The notes under the pieces were generated by a model that was given only the letters and a program-made list of their open reading frames with translations, was not told the DNA's origin and ran no database searches. Positions 27,999 through 38,228 of a stretch of 64,000 nt of DNA are shown here, in pieces; position 1 is the first letter of the stretch, and each line of letters starts with the position of its first letter. Origin of the DNA: an uncultured Pseudomonadales bacterium (GTDB taxonomy: Bacteria > Patescibacteriota > Microgenomatia > UBA1400 > RBG-16-45-19); contig CAYYKL010000001.1 of the NCBI GenBank assembly GCA_964441155.1, positions 216,393 to 280,392 on the forward strand. The letters run 5' to 3'. The translations under genes and the position numbers were made by a program.

Positions 27999-29234
27999 AT
28001 GCAAGATTTGTTTGCCGATCAAATAGATTCGCAAGGTGTTGGAGTTTTAACTCCAGTATTTCAAGTGAGCGAGTTTAATGACGCCGTGACTCACCATCTT
28101 GGACTTATGGGAGCAGTCACGATAGAAGGTGAAATATCCCGTCTCGACATAAAAAATAATCGCTTAGTGTTCGTGACAATTAAAGATAGTGGTTCTGCCC
28201 TGGATGTTTTTGGTCTATCACACATGTTGAGAAACGCTCGGGAGTTAAGTGTGGGCATGAAGGTTCAAGCCACGGGCACTGCTGGGCTTTACAAAGGTTC
28301 AGGTCGATTTCGCTTGATGGCATCAGCCATTGAGCCGGTTGGTGATGGCGCCCTAAGCGCAGCTTTTGAACAGCTCAAAAAACGTCTTGAGGCTGAAGGC
28401 TTGTTCGACCCATCGCACAAACGTCCTCTACCCCAATGGCCCAAAAATATTGGTCTTATTACTGCGCTGGAATCATCTGCATATCATGATGTGGTCAAAA
28501 TTTTATCCGCGAGATCGGGTGGCCTGACCATTAAGGTACTTAATGTGAATGTGCAAGGTGCTCAAGCACTTGCAACGCTTAAAACGGCACTAGCCTATTG
28601 TAACCAGCATGCAAATGATTTTGATGTCCTTATTATGTGTCGAGGTGGTGGGAGTGCTGAAGATTTAGCTGCTTTTAATGATGAAGAATTAGCACGACTC
28701 GTTTTTGCCACAAAAATCCCCTTAGTTGCCGCCATTGGACACGAAGACAACTGGTCACTGGTTGATTATATAAGTGACGTCCGGGCTTCCACCCCGAGCA
28801 ATGCTGCCGAACTTGTGGTGCGCGACAAACAAGAAATCGCTTTAGAAATTGATAGCTTACTCTCCTATTGGCACCAAAAATTAACACTTCGATTACATGA
28901 ATTCAAGCATCGCAACCAGCAATCGTTTTTAATACTCAATTCCTTATTAACAAAACCTGTTCAATCAATTGAAGTATTACTCAATCGTTTCGAAACGCAA
29001 GAGCTAGTGATCAAGCAAGTGTTGCAAACGAATACCAATAAACTTATGTCTTTTGCCAGGCTCTTGCAAACATTAAGTTATGAAAATACGCTCAAACGTG
29101 GCTTTAGTCTCACTAGAGATTCCAACGGCAAAGTGATTAAAGACAGTTCCCAACTTGCTCTGCAGCAAAAGGTGAGCGTAAAGCTAACCTCTGGCTCATT
29201 CGATGCACAGGTGAATAACATTGCGATAAAATAA
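27999..29234 (+). CDS. xseA: Exodeoxyribonuclease VII large subunit
   Basis: LKKRLEAEGLFD, RGGGSAEDLAAFNDE, AIGHE.., STPSNAAE, LKRGF. Confidence 0.97.
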   Translation: MQDLFADQIDSQGVGVLTPVFQVSEFNDAVTHHLGLMGAVTIEGEISRLDIKNNRLVFVTIKDSGSALDVFGLSHMLRNARELSVGMKVQATGTAGLYKGSGRFRLMASAIEPVGDGALSAAFEQLKKRLEAEGLFDPSHKRPLPQWPKNIGLITALESSAYHDVVKILSARSGGLTIKVLNVNVQGAQALATLKTALAYCNQHANDFDVLIMCRGGGSAEDLAAFNDEELARLVFATKIPLVAAIGHEDNWSLVDYISDVRASTPSNAAELVVRDKQEIALEIDSLLSYWHQKLTLRLHEFKHRNQQSFLILNSLLTKPVQSIEVLLNRFETQELVIKQVLQTNTNKLMSFARLLQTLSYENTLKRGFSLTRDSNGKVIKDSSQLALQQKVSVKLTSGSFDAQVNNIAIK

Positions 29235-29250
29235 ATTACAGGAGACTATT

Positions 29251-29448
29251 ATGCCGACAGACACCAAAACACTTGCCACTCAATTCAAAGAGCTTGAGGC
29301 CATCACCCAAGAACTGGAGCGTGGAGACCTGGATATTGAATTAGCCATTGGAAAATACGAACTAGGTGTAAAACTGGCCAAAGATTTGAAAAACAAGCTC
29401 AAAGATATGGAAAACAGAATCGAGCAAATTAAGCTTACTGACAACTAA
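29251..29448 (+). CDS. xseB: Exodeoxyribonuclease VII small subunit
   Basis: LEAITQELERGDLDIELAIGKYELGVKL; follows xseA; SD AGGAG. Confidence 0.95.
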   Translation: MPTDTKTLATQFKELEAITQELERGDLDIELAIGKYELGVKLAKDLKNKLKDMENRIEQIKLTDN

Positions 29449-30624
29449 TTACTGCGTCCCAACAATTGTTAACCGTTCCTGAGCGCGAGTGATGCCGGTG
29501 TAGAGCCAACGCCGCCAATCTTCGTCACTCATATGCTTGTTGCGCTCTTCAAATAATAAAACTGACTTTGCTTGCGAACCTTGGGCTTTGTGCACAGTCA
29601 GCGCATAGCCAAAATCAAATAAATCTCCAAGCTGCCGATAGGTCAGTGAACCGTATTCATCTAAGGTTTTGGGGTAGTTGAATTGGTGTGCGCTAATTTT
29701 GCCTTCATACAAAAATTCTCCGTCTTCTATTTCAAGCTCGACCCGAAACCAATGCACTTCCCCATCTTTTCCCTCAACTGAAGTAATCGAAGAAACGACT
29801 CCCACCATGCCGTTGTAAATTCCTTTCTTCCAATTATTTTTCAAGCAAATCAATTTATCTCTCAGTTGCGGCTTTTGACTTTCATAGTCACGATATAAGC
29901 GCATTTGCTTGTTGAGCTCTATCCGAGAAAAATTGTAGCCTGAGAGCACCATATTTTCTTGTCGCAACATTTCTTCGACTTCAGAGTTAGTGGCACTATC
30001 GTAGCGATCTAATTTTCTTACCCCCTGTCCATATTCCCCCACCGCTATGATACCTGTTTCTCGAGCGATCTTGGACAAGTGAATAATTGGGTTTTGCTCA
30101 GCCTGTCGATGAATTTTTTCCAAGCGAAGCTCTGGCTCGTTCATCAAATTAAAATTGCCACCAATGGGAGGCAACTGTCCATGATCGCCAACCGCTAAGA
30201 TAGGTATTCCATAGGACAACAAGTCTTGCCAAATAGCTTTATCCACCATACTGGCTTCATCAACTACAATCAAATCATAGGCAATCGCGTTTCGCTTATA
30301 CCAACTCTTAATGCGCCCTGCGGAATCTGCCTCGGGGGCATATATGAGCGAGTGAATCGTGCTTACCTTATCTTGTTTGGTAACAACCTTGTGCTCAGCC
30401 AATGTTGCGGCTAAAACCCGAGAAGCTTTCCCTGTAAATGCGCAAAAAGCAATTTTTAGATCTGGTTTAGCTTTATGCAACACGCGGCGAAACATAGCCA
30501 GTAATGTAGTTTTACCTGTGCCTGCATAACCACCCACAGTTAAATACTGACTCGATCTATTTTTATACCACTCGATAATCGCGACCAAAACTTGGCTTTG
30601 GTCGGGAGATAGCTTCATTTCCAT
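29449..30624 (-). CDS. SF1B RecD2/Dda-like ATP-dependent DNA helicase
   Basis: GYAGTGKTT, VDEASMV, GDHGQLPP, IHRQ, YALTVHKAQGSQ, LYTGITRA. Confidence 0.92.
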   Translation of the reverse strand: MEMKLSPDQSQVLVAIIEWYKNRSSQYLTVGGYAGTGKTTLLAMFRRVLHKAKPDLKIAFCAFTGKASRVLAATLAEHKVVTKQDKVSTIHSLIYAPEADSAGRIKSWYKRNAIAYDLIVVDEASMVDKAIWQDLLSYGIPILAVGDHGQLPPIGGNFNLMNEPELRLEKIHRQAEQNPIIHLSKIARETGIIAVGEYGQGVRKLDRYDSATNSEVEEMLRQENMVLSGYNFSRIELNKQMRLYRDYESQKPQLRDKLICLKNNWKKGIYNGMVGVVSSITSVEGKDGEVHWFRVELEIEDGEFLYEGKISAHQFNYPKTLDEYGSLTYRQLGDLFDFGYALTVHKAQGSQAKSVLLFEERNKHMSDEDWRRWLYTGITRAQERLTIVGTQ

Positions 30625-30687
30625 ATCGCAAATTATTCACTAATGCCCTTGATAGATGGTACCGCGATCATTACACTTGAAGTATAC

Positions 30688-31947
30688 ATGCAAAATTCTT
30701 CTCTGCCTCCAAACGCGCATCATCACAGCAAATCAACAAAGCTATTCTCTCTTTATAGTCTGATTTTCTTGTTCTTTTATATTGGCGATTCAATCATGTC
30801 TTATTTTGCTCCTATTTTTATCGAACACCATCTTCAGGACCCTCTCATGCTAGGACTCGTCATTAGTAGTTCATCCATGATTGGATTTTTTGTTGATATC
30901 TTTTTAAGTGACCGGTTTCCCAAAAAGGACTATTATTTCTTTTTAATCGTTGGAGTTTTGCTCGCTATTGCCTATCCCTTAGTACTTTTATTGCCCGCAA
31001 GTCTGGCGGTTATGCTGATTGCTATGGCGGTGTGGGGAATCTACTTCGAGTTCTTAAGTTTTTCGAATTTTCGAGCAATTCACGATATTTTGCCCAAAGA
31101 AAAGCGTGATTTTGCCTGGGGTTTATCCAGCTCACTCAATTCCCTTGCCGTGCTTCTCGGCCCATTTATCGCCGGCATTCTCTTTGCCATACATTTTAAA
31201 GCTCCTTTAGGTGGAGCACTGATTATGTTTGCAATTGCCCTCGCAGGTTCAATTTTTTTCTTTCCTTTCCATCGTCAACGCCAAAGCTTTGCATCTGAGT
31301 CAACTATCAATCTCTGGAAAGAACTAAAAATTTGGAAACTATTAAATAGTCGGCTATGGCCGTATATAATGTATACACTCATTACCTTTACTGTAAGCTC
31401 AGTTTTTTGGACCATTGGACCGGTTCTTGCGGAACACTTAAGCCGTTCTCATTACTTAGGGGGAATGTTGCTCGTTGCCTACTTGGTGCCTTATCTTCTT
31501 TTTGGAATTTTTTCTGATAAGATCGCCCAAGTTTTTGGCAGAGACCGAAGTATTTTTGCATCCGGCCTTGTAGCCGGAATTGCCTTAACCATTGTTGGCA
31601 TTGTTCCTGGCATCATTTCACTGATCGTTCTCGTGTTCGTCGTAGGAACATTTTTAGCCATTAGCACGCCAATGGTTTCGGCAACTTTTGAAAATTACAT
31701 TAGTCGATTAGGCAATTCAGCCAATTCATTAATTGGTTTACGAAATTCCACCACAAGCATTTCTTATATTATTGGGCCACTTGCGTCTGGAATTATTGCC
31801 AAATTTGTCGGATATCAATTAACATTTTCAATTTTTGGCGTAGGTTTGGCACTTTATTGCATTATTGCTTACTTCTTTTTGCCCAAGCATATTGTGCTTC
31901 CTCAGCAAGAAATTAAACTGATTGAGAAACAGGACAAAGCTACTTAA
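30688..31947 (+). CDS. MFS transporter
   Basis: 12 TM pattern; LSDRFPKK and SDKIAQVFGR loops; start could be 30643. Confidence 0.85.
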   Translation: MQNSSLPPNAHHHSKSTKLFSLYSLIFLFFYIGDSIMSYFAPIFIEHHLQDPLMLGLVISSSSMIGFFVDIFLSDRFPKKDYYFFLIVGVLLAIAYPLVLLLPASLAVMLIAMAVWGIYFEFLSFSNFRAIHDILPKEKRDFAWGLSSSLNSLAVLLGPFIAGILFAIHFKAPLGGALIMFAIALAGSIFFFPFHRQRQSFASESTINLWKELKIWKLLNSRLWPYIMYTLITFTVSSVFWTIGPVLAEHLSRSHYLGGMLLVAYLVPYLLFGIFSDKIAQVFGRDRSIFASGLVAGIALTIVGIVPGIISLIVLVFVVGTFLAISTPMVSATFENYISRLGNSANSLIGLRNSTTSISYIIGPLASGIIAKFVGYQLTFSIFGVGLALYCIIAYFFLPKHIVLPQQEIKLIEKQDKAT

Positions 31948-32023
31948 ATTCTGGCGAAAAAATGAATACTCACCACGATCAGCCAATGAATTATTAATGA
32001 TAGACCGACCAAGTGTTTGAATT

Positions 32024-33349
32024 TCATGCGCGCTCGTCGATACTAAATTGTTCCGTAAAAATATTTTGATCCGGAACACCTGCTTCAAGCAGTTGCTGCC
32101 GCAAAGAATTCATCATCATGATTGGTCCACACAGATAAAAAACCCGCTTATTAATATGTTTTATTTGCTCTTTTACCACATCCGCAGTAAGCCTGCCTTT
32201 TTCCTTAGTTGCATGGAAATGCAACTTCAATTGTTTAAACTGCTCGCTTTGATTAATTAATTCGCGAGTATACACCATTTCATTTGCCTCGCTTGCGGTA
32301 TAGAAAAAATCAATTTGGTTATAGGCATGTAGTCCGCTAAATATTCTGCTAGCAAAGGGTGTCACGCCGATGCCACCAGCAATCCAAACTTGTTCGCTAG
32401 ATTTATTTGACAAGAATTTTCCGTAAGGTCCCTCAACCCACACTACTGAGCCTATTTTAAGTGCGCGTGTGTTAGCAGTGAAATCTCCAAATGCTTTCGC
32501 AGTGATAATAAGCTCTTCATTTTGATTGCTACTACTAATTGAAAAAGGGTGAGTTTCGTGTTTGCCATTTGCAAGGCTGAACGTAAAAAAGGCGAATTGA
32601 CCAGGAACGAAGCGCAAGCGCTCGCCTTTAGTGGTCAAAATAATTTGCGTGACCTCTTTGTTAAGCTCGTGCACCGATTTGATTTTGTATCGACAACGTG
32701 ACACGAGCCATCTGCCAAACAAAGTGCGGTATGCATACACCGACAGCGCAACAAAGGTAAGCAAAAGTATCATAGCACGCAACATCAAGTTGGCGCGCAC
32801 ATCACTTCCCATAAAGTAGGCATGCACCCCGCCGAGCAAAAACGCCAAACCCATAAGCTTATGAGTTTTGTGCCAAAGTTCATAAGGAAGCTTTACAAAT
32901 AATGTAAGCACGATAAGCGTCATAAATAAGATTAAGCTTATGTTGCCTAAATTCTTATACACATTTGCTCCCGGCAAGAGAATATTGGAAGCAGCTATGG
33001 GTGAATCAATATAGTAAGCACCAGCAATAAATAGTGGATGTAATAAAACAAAGATAAAACCAATACCGCCAAGAATATGATGCAAAATATACATCTTATC
33101 CATACCACCGAAAAAGGTTTCTAGTCGTTTGAACCGTCCACTCAATATGAGATTAATTGCAATCATTCCAAAGCCAAGCAGAGCAGTTAATTGACCAATG
33201 CTTCGAAGCGTTTCTTGAACATTGTATATGCGATCAGAAATGGGCATAACCGAAAACCATCCAGCAATAAGTATTCCCAATATTGCCAGAATTGCCAGAA
33301 TTCCCCACCGACTTCTCGAAATTAATTGCCTATTCATATGCCCGCTCAT
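32024..33349 (-). CDS. Ferric reductase-like TM domain plus FNR (FAD/NAD(P)H-binding) oxidoreductase
   Basis: His pairs LHHILG...LLHP and THKL...GVHA; HPFSISS; EGPYG; AGGIGVTP; CGP..MM; EQF. Confidence 0.9.
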   Translation of the reverse strand: MSGHMNRQLISRSRWGILAILAILGILIAGWFSVMPISDRIYNVQETLRSIGQLTALLGFGMIAINLILSGRFKRLETFFGGMDKMYILHHILGGIGFIFVLLHPLFIAGAYYIDSPIAASNILLPGANVYKNLGNISLILFMTLIVLTLFVKLPYELWHKTHKLMGLAFLLGGVHAYFMGSDVRANLMLRAMILLLTFVALSVYAYRTLFGRWLVSRCRYKIKSVHELNKEVTQIILTTKGERLRFVPGQFAFFTFSLANGKHETHPFSISSSNQNEELIITAKAFGDFTANTRALKIGSVVWVEGPYGKFLSNKSSEQVWIAGGIGVTPFASRIFSGLHAYNQIDFFYTASEANEMVYTRELINQSEQFKQLKLHFHATKEKGRLTADVVKEQIKHINKRVFYLCGPIMMMNSLRQQLLEAGVPDQNIFTEQFSIDERA

Positions 33350-33450
33350 TGTAACTGAACCATGAAAAAATACTATCCAATCTCGTAGCGCTCTATGCTA
33401 TGCGTGCTTCATTTTTTACATCGCGAGATAAGGTGCGATACACTTGAACT

Positions 33451-34713
33451 ATGTCAAGATTAGTTCAGTTACTTGTATGCCTTGTTCTATTTGGTGCCAG
33501 TGCCAGTACTTCGAATCTATACGCAGCCTCATCTCCGCTTTGGGGAAAGATTGCCAATCCCCAACACCAGACAAAATCAACCAAAGCTGCATTCTTTTTT
33601 GCTGGTCCTCCAAATCCTGGATCCCTCGGGTTATATACGAGAACTCCCACTCAATTTGACGCTCACCTATGGCGAAGTCAGGCGGATATTGATGTTTTAT
33701 TTGATTTGTTGCAAGCAACTAATGTCAACGTCATTAAATTGTCATGGTGGGGAACGGGAAACGAGTATAAGCAGTGGGCACCGACGTGGAATGACAAAAA
33801 AGCAAATGTAGACACATTCCAGACGGCCAACAACCGCAACATGCTGGTTGCACCAGTCTTGGAAGTGAGCCCTGCCTTTAAATTTTGGGAAGAGTTTCCC
33901 GCTAACACAACAAACTTGGAAACTCGAATCAAACAAGTTTTGGCAGATTATGGCAATCAACCAAATTGGTTAACGCTCTATGACCAAAACGGTAATCCAA
34001 AGAAGGTAATCTGGCTCATTGAAACGATTCATGTTGGACCTGTAGATAAGGTTCAGTTTGCACAAACTTTTGACCAAGTTGCTCAAAGAATTTTTGAGAG
34101 CACCGGCACCAAAATTGGATTTATTATCGATCCCACTCCGCTACCACCATTCGGCTCATATGCCGGGCCTGATCCCATAGAACTAAAAAAAATTGAGTCG
34201 ATTCTGGCTATAAATCCATTTAATATTACTTCAGATGGCCCCCTAGAAACTAACCGCATCTCCAAAGCGGAAACAATTCTTAACACCTGGAAGCAATCGG
34301 GAATTCCATTAATGGCTCCGGTTTTACCTGGCTTTGATGATCATATTGTTCGACCTCCAGGCACCAGGTACGGCGACAATCCGACTTGGAGATCTACCGT
34401 TGGTACTTTGGGCAAACAATATCAAACTGCTGGCATTACTCTTGATATCTGGAACGGATTCACCGAAGGCTATTCATTCATGCCCACCACTGAACAAGGT
34501 GAGGCAAACTATAACTTAGCTCGCACACTCTTTGGACGAGATAAGGGTGATCTAGATAACAATGAAGTTGTATCAATGAACGATCTACGTTTACTCATAA
34601 ATTATTTCAGATCAAATAATGTCGTGCTGGGTGATGTTAATTCAGATGGCAAATTAACTATCTTCGATTATTCAACTGTAATTTCTCATTTAGGCAAACC
34701 CACATTTCCATAA
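33451..34713 (+). CDS. Secreted GH99/GH71-like TIM-barrel protein with C-terminal dockerin
   Basis: Signal peptide; LSWWG, PGFDD..VR, WNGFTEG..MP; duplicated GDLDNNE..D / GDVNSDGKL..FD dockerin loops. Confidence 0.7.
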   Translation: MSRLVQLLVCLVLFGASASTSNLYAASSPLWGKIANPQHQTKSTKAAFFFAGPPNPGSLGLYTRTPTQFDAHLWRSQADIDVLFDLLQATNVNVIKLSWWGTGNEYKQWAPTWNDKKANVDTFQTANNRNMLVAPVLEVSPAFKFWEEFPANTTNLETRIKQVLADYGNQPNWLTLYDQNGNPKKVIWLIETIHVGPVDKVQFAQTFDQVAQRIFESTGTKIGFIIDPTPLPPFGSYAGPDPIELKKIESILAINPFNITSDGPLETNRISKAETILNTWKQSGIPLMAPVLPGFDDHIVRPPGTRYGDNPTWRSTVGTLGKQYQTAGITLDIWNGFTEGYSFMPTTEQGEANYNLARTLFGRDKGDLDNNEVVSMNDLRLLINYFRSNNVVLGDVNSDGKLTIFDYSTVISHLGKPTFP

Positions 34714-34729
34714 ACAACAACCCGACGCC

Positions 34730-35002
34730 TTATGCTCGAACCGTGCCCATAAAATCACAACTTAGATTACTGCACAAAGCTTTAGCAATATAACTTTTCC
34801 CTGACCTATCAAGAGGTTCGCTTAAACCAATAACTGTTCCTCGAATAGAAGGACATAGATCTGATTTTACTTTATCTCCTTGATAATAAACACGTTTGTG
34901 GGTTGGCAGCGCGACATCATCACCTAAACTAAATGGGGTTCCAATTGGCGCGTCGGGCTCCAAACCGAAATGAAATTCTTGGTCAGGCGAAATGGGAGGC
35001 AA
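34730..35002 (-). CDS. Small hypothetical protein (3 Cys)
   Basis: 90-aa ORF with TTG start 1 bp after the upstream gene. Confidence 0.4.
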   Translation of the reverse strand: MPPISPDQEFHFGLEPDAPIGTPFSLGDDVALPTHKRVYYQGDKVKSDLCPSIRGTVIGLSEPLDRSGKSYIAKALCSNLSCDFMGTVRA

Positions 35003-35003
35003 T

Positions 35004-35600
35004 TTAGTTAGCGGTGGTTTTCACCATAATTGGTTCTGCGTTGTTGTCATACCATACTCCACCCGACAATATGTCAAAGAAATATTCGGTATTAGGTTGG
35101 AGGTTTGCGGCCACTAAACTGTGTTGCATAAGCTCCCCAGGATCTTGAAGCATAGTCATTGGAGGAATTAGCTCTTTGGTCGTGCGCAAGCGAACCACAC
35201 CAATCTCTGGCAAATCAGTTTTCCAAGAAACAGTGAATGATGTGCCCGTTACCTGAGTCACAGTCATATCTTTCGGCTGATACGTTGCCGCTGCTTGAGA
35301 TTCCACATTTTGTTGCTCTTTCACCAGCTGCATTCCCAAAGGAATGGTGCTCGTAATTATACCAATCATCATTATGGTAGCCACAGTCGCCAAGCGCTTA
35401 TGCGATCGAAATGCGGTAACCAGAAGTGCTAAAAAGGCAAAGCCAACGAAGATTAATCCAGACTGCATAGCGGCAAATATCATGCCCCCTTCACCTGGAA
35501 CGATTTTGGCTGGAACAGGAGCAACTGCGGATTGAGGAGTAAGTGCCGCTACTTGCACGTAGTAATTTGAAATATTTTTTCCCAGCGCCTCATTTGCCAT
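35004..35600 (-). CDS. Membrane protein with C-terminal fibronectin type III-like domain
   Basis: Two TMs; VTQVTGTSFTVSWKTD...H...NLQPNTEYFF. Confidence 0.8.
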   Translation of the reverse strand: MANEALGKNISNYYVQVAALTPQSAVAPVPAKIVPGEGGMIFAAMQSGLIFVGFAFLALLVTAFRSHKRLATVATIMMIGIITSTIPLGMQLVKEQQNVESQAAATYQPKDMTVTQVTGTSFTVSWKTDLPEIGVVRLRTTKELIPPMTMLQDPGELMQHSLVAANLQPNTEYFFDILSGGVWYDNNAEPIMVKTTAN

Positions 35601-35668
35601 TGATTAGCTCCTTATCCCTTAGCATAGGCAAAAAATGTGGCTCAATCAAGCAGCAACCACAGACACAT

Positions 35669-36298
35669 TCAAGAAGTGTTGACTCTTTGCATTACGTCTA
35701 ATAGCGCCTGTTTCATGGTCTCGATTGCTTGATCTACTTCTGCCATACCATCTATAGTCATGTCGGCGTATTTTTGCGTTGGCCCAATGAATTCTTCATA
35801 GGCTTGACGAACACTACCCAAGTATTGGGTAATCACTAGCTCCACATCTCTTCCTCGCTCATGTATATCTCGTTTCATTCTCCTAATAAACCGAATGTCT
35901 GATGGCGTCGAGACAAAAAATGCATAATCAATTTGAGAGCGTAATCTTGAGTCATGTAAAACAAGAATACCATCGAGAAGTATTATGCCTTTCGGTTCCA
36001 AAATTCTTACCTGGCTTGAACGGGTGTAAGTGCTGAAATCGTATTCTGGAATTTGTACAGGATATCCTGATTTTAGCAAAGCAATATGTTCCACCAATAA
36101 ACTCGTTTCCAGACTATCGGGATGATCATAGTTGACAAGTGCCCGCGAACTTAGGGGAATATCGGCGCGATCTTTATAATAGTTATCATGATAAATGAGT
36201 GCTGCTTCAGGCAAACTTTGTAGTAAACCCTTGGCCAAGGTAGTTTTACCTGCGCCGCTGCCACCGGCGATGGCCACTATGATCGGAGATTTGTGCAT
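35669..36298 (-). CDS. udk: Uridine kinase
   Basis: AGGSGAGKTT, HDNYY, NYDHP, RFIRRMKRDIHERGR. Confidence 0.95.
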   Translation of the reverse strand: MHKSPIIVAIAGGSGAGKTTLAKGLLQSLPEAALIYHDNYYKDRADIPLSSRALVNYDHPDSLETSLLVEHIALLKSGYPVQIPEYDFSTYTRSSQVRILEPKGIILLDGILVLHDSRLRSQIDYAFFVSTPSDIRFIRRMKRDIHERGRDVELVITQYLGSVRQAYEEFIGPTQKYADMTIDGMAEVDQAIETMKQALLDVMQRVNTS

Positions 36299-36307
36299 GG
36301 ATTGATT

Positions 36308-36955
36308 TTACAACTGAGGTTCGGGAGTTTCAAAATCTTCTTGCATGCCCATGGCATCTTCACTTTCCGTTTCTGCCGACCATTCCATGAAGGCGGGCGG
36401 CAATTGAATGGTTTTACCCACCAAGCGTTTCAGCGAGGCATTGTCTTGCAAGTCAAGTGCGACACGTTTTGAATTTGCATCCAACACATAATATTCATCA
36501 ACGCTGGCGTCATATCGCAAAATTGCTGAATACATATTTCCTGCTTGAATGGGTTGGCTTGTATTAGTCGCGGTATTGTTTTTGCTTCTAAGGCTTGCCA
36601 TGAACAATCCCACGGATACAAGCGCGACTACAGCCAGCAAAATAAGAAAACCTTTTTGACTGCTTTCAGATTCCGGTTGGATAATCTGAACCCTACTTGG
36701 TGCCACATAATCTTGCTTTATGAAGGTATCCTTTTGTGTCACGGGTTCTGGAACTGGAATCGGCTTGCTTACTTTGACTGCCTTATAGACGACTGAAGGT
36801 GGGATGCCCTCACGAACAATCTTTCTTTCATCGATCAATCGATTCAGATGTCGATAGGTAGTGCGCTTGGTGGTGCCCGACATCGCAACAACTTGGGCAG
36901 TGGTGACAGAACCATTTTTGGTTATAAAATCAAGAATTTGCTGAGTTATTTCCAT
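36308..36955 (-). CDS. Winged-HTH plus single TM plus extracytoplasmic domain protein
   Basis: ILDFITKNGSVTTAQV...TKRTTYRHLNRL (DeoR-like wHTH); TM FLILLAVVALVSVGLFMA. Confidence 0.7.
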   Translation of the reverse strand: MEITQQILDFITKNGSVTTAQVVAMSGTTKRTTYRHLNRLIDERKIVREGIPPSVVYKAVKVSKPIPVPEPVTQKDTFIKQDYVAPSRVQIIQPESESSQKGFLILLAVVALVSVGLFMASLRSKNNTATNTSQPIQAGNMYSAILRYDASVDEYYVLDANSKRVALDLQDNASLKRLVGKTIQLPPAFMEWSAETESEDAMGMQEDFETPEPQL

Positions 36956-37095
36956 ATACTATTATTGTTAGCACACTTTCGCCCTTCATTTAAAGAGTCA
37001 GTCTATACTCGTGTCACCATACCAAATGCGATGCTATAGTGAAGCAGGTTAAAGAATGGAAATTTAAAAACATTACTCAAACTTCATAAATTTCA

Positions 37096-37896
37096 ATGCA
37101 ACAGTTAATTACAGAGCTTTCATCATCACTTAGTCATTTTGCTGAAGTTGATGCAATTGCACTCGGAGGATCAAGCTCCACTCAGCGGGCCCAATCTGAT
37201 TCCGATATTGATATCTATATTTACCTCAAAAATGGTTCATCCATTAATCCAATCAAGAGAAGAAGCCTCGCTCAAGCAAGAGGTGTGGCGCGCCCCGAGA
37301 TTAATAATCTTTTTTGGGAAGCTGGAGATGAATGGCAGGAGCCAAGTGGTGTTTATGTTGATCTAATCTATCGAGAAAAGAATTGGATCGAGGAACAACT
37401 CGAGAAAGTTCTGGTTAAACATGAAGCATCGGTTGGCTACTCAACGTGTATTTGGTTCAATGTTCTCCATTCAACCAGTTTGTTTGATCGAACAGGATGG
37501 TTTTCAAAACTTAAAAATATTGCACATGTGGAATATCCCATTGAGTTGCGCGATGCAATTATAGCTAAAAATTATCCACTGCTGCGACAATTAATTTCCT
37601 CGTATAAACATCAACTGTGCAAGGCTTACAACAGAAGAGATTATTTCAGTCTCAATCATCGATCGAGCGCATTTTTGGCTAGTTATTTTGATATTGTATT
37701 TGCCATTAATAGACTGCCGCATCCAGGAGAAAAGCGTTTGCTTCAAATCGTAGAGGCTACCTGCCCAATAAAACCAAAAAATATAGCATTAATTCAGAAG
37801 TTTGCTGAAGCCTGCGCAACAGCCCAACCCTCGATTGATGTCTACATCGACCAATTGGTAGACGAGTTAGATCAACTAATCAAAGCTTCAGAATAG
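37096..37896 (+). CDS. Pol-beta superfamily nucleotidyltransferase (DUF4037-like)
   Basis: LGGS....SDIDIY; SYFDIVFAINRLPHPGEKRL. Confidence 0.8.
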   Translation: MQQLITELSSSLSHFAEVDAIALGGSSSTQRAQSDSDIDIYIYLKNGSSINPIKRRSLAQARGVARPEINNLFWEAGDEWQEPSGVYVDLIYREKNWIEEQLEKVLVKHEASVGYSTCIWFNVLHSTSLFDRTGWFSKLKNIAHVEYPIELRDAIIAKNYPLLRQLISSYKHQLCKAYNRRDYFSLNHRSSAFLASYFDIVFAINRLPHPGEKRLLQIVEATCPIKPKNIALIQKFAEACATAQPSIDVYIDQLVDELDQLIKASE

Positions 37897-38153
37897 TTTG
37901 TGTGCACATAACTGGAAATCAATTGTTCTTTGCGTTTTTTTGAGAAAGTTTTAATTTGACGCTCCCGCATCATCGCTTCAGCTCTGGTTGCCAAGCTTTC
38001 CGTGTAGGCAAGTTCGAAGCTATCAAACAGGCGCAAATATTTTGCTCCCTGTCTATTTTTGCTTTGATGCTGCTTTAGTCTTCTTGCAAGATTATTAGTC
38101 TGACCGGTGTAGAGCGTGTTTTTAGATGTGCGCAAAATATATACGGTGAACAT
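37872..38153 (-). CDS. GIY-YIG nuclease (YhbQ-like)
   Basis: VYIL...LYTGQT.NL.RRLKQH, GAKY, A..RE.QIK. Confidence 0.92.
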   Translation of the reverse strand: MFTVYILRTSKNTLYTGQTNNLARRLKQHQSKNRQGAKYLRLFDSFELAYTESLATRAEAMMRERQIKTFSKKRKEQLISSYVHTNYSEALIS

Positions 38154-38228
38154 ATACTTCTATCTTAGATCATCCCGCATTCATATTTATTCCTGTTTGC
38201 ATTTAATTTTTCGGTTATCAATGTTACT

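Noticed and set aside
27999-30624. xseAB plus helicase as a defence system
   Set aside because: The genes are convergent housekeeping repair genes with no defence-type partners.
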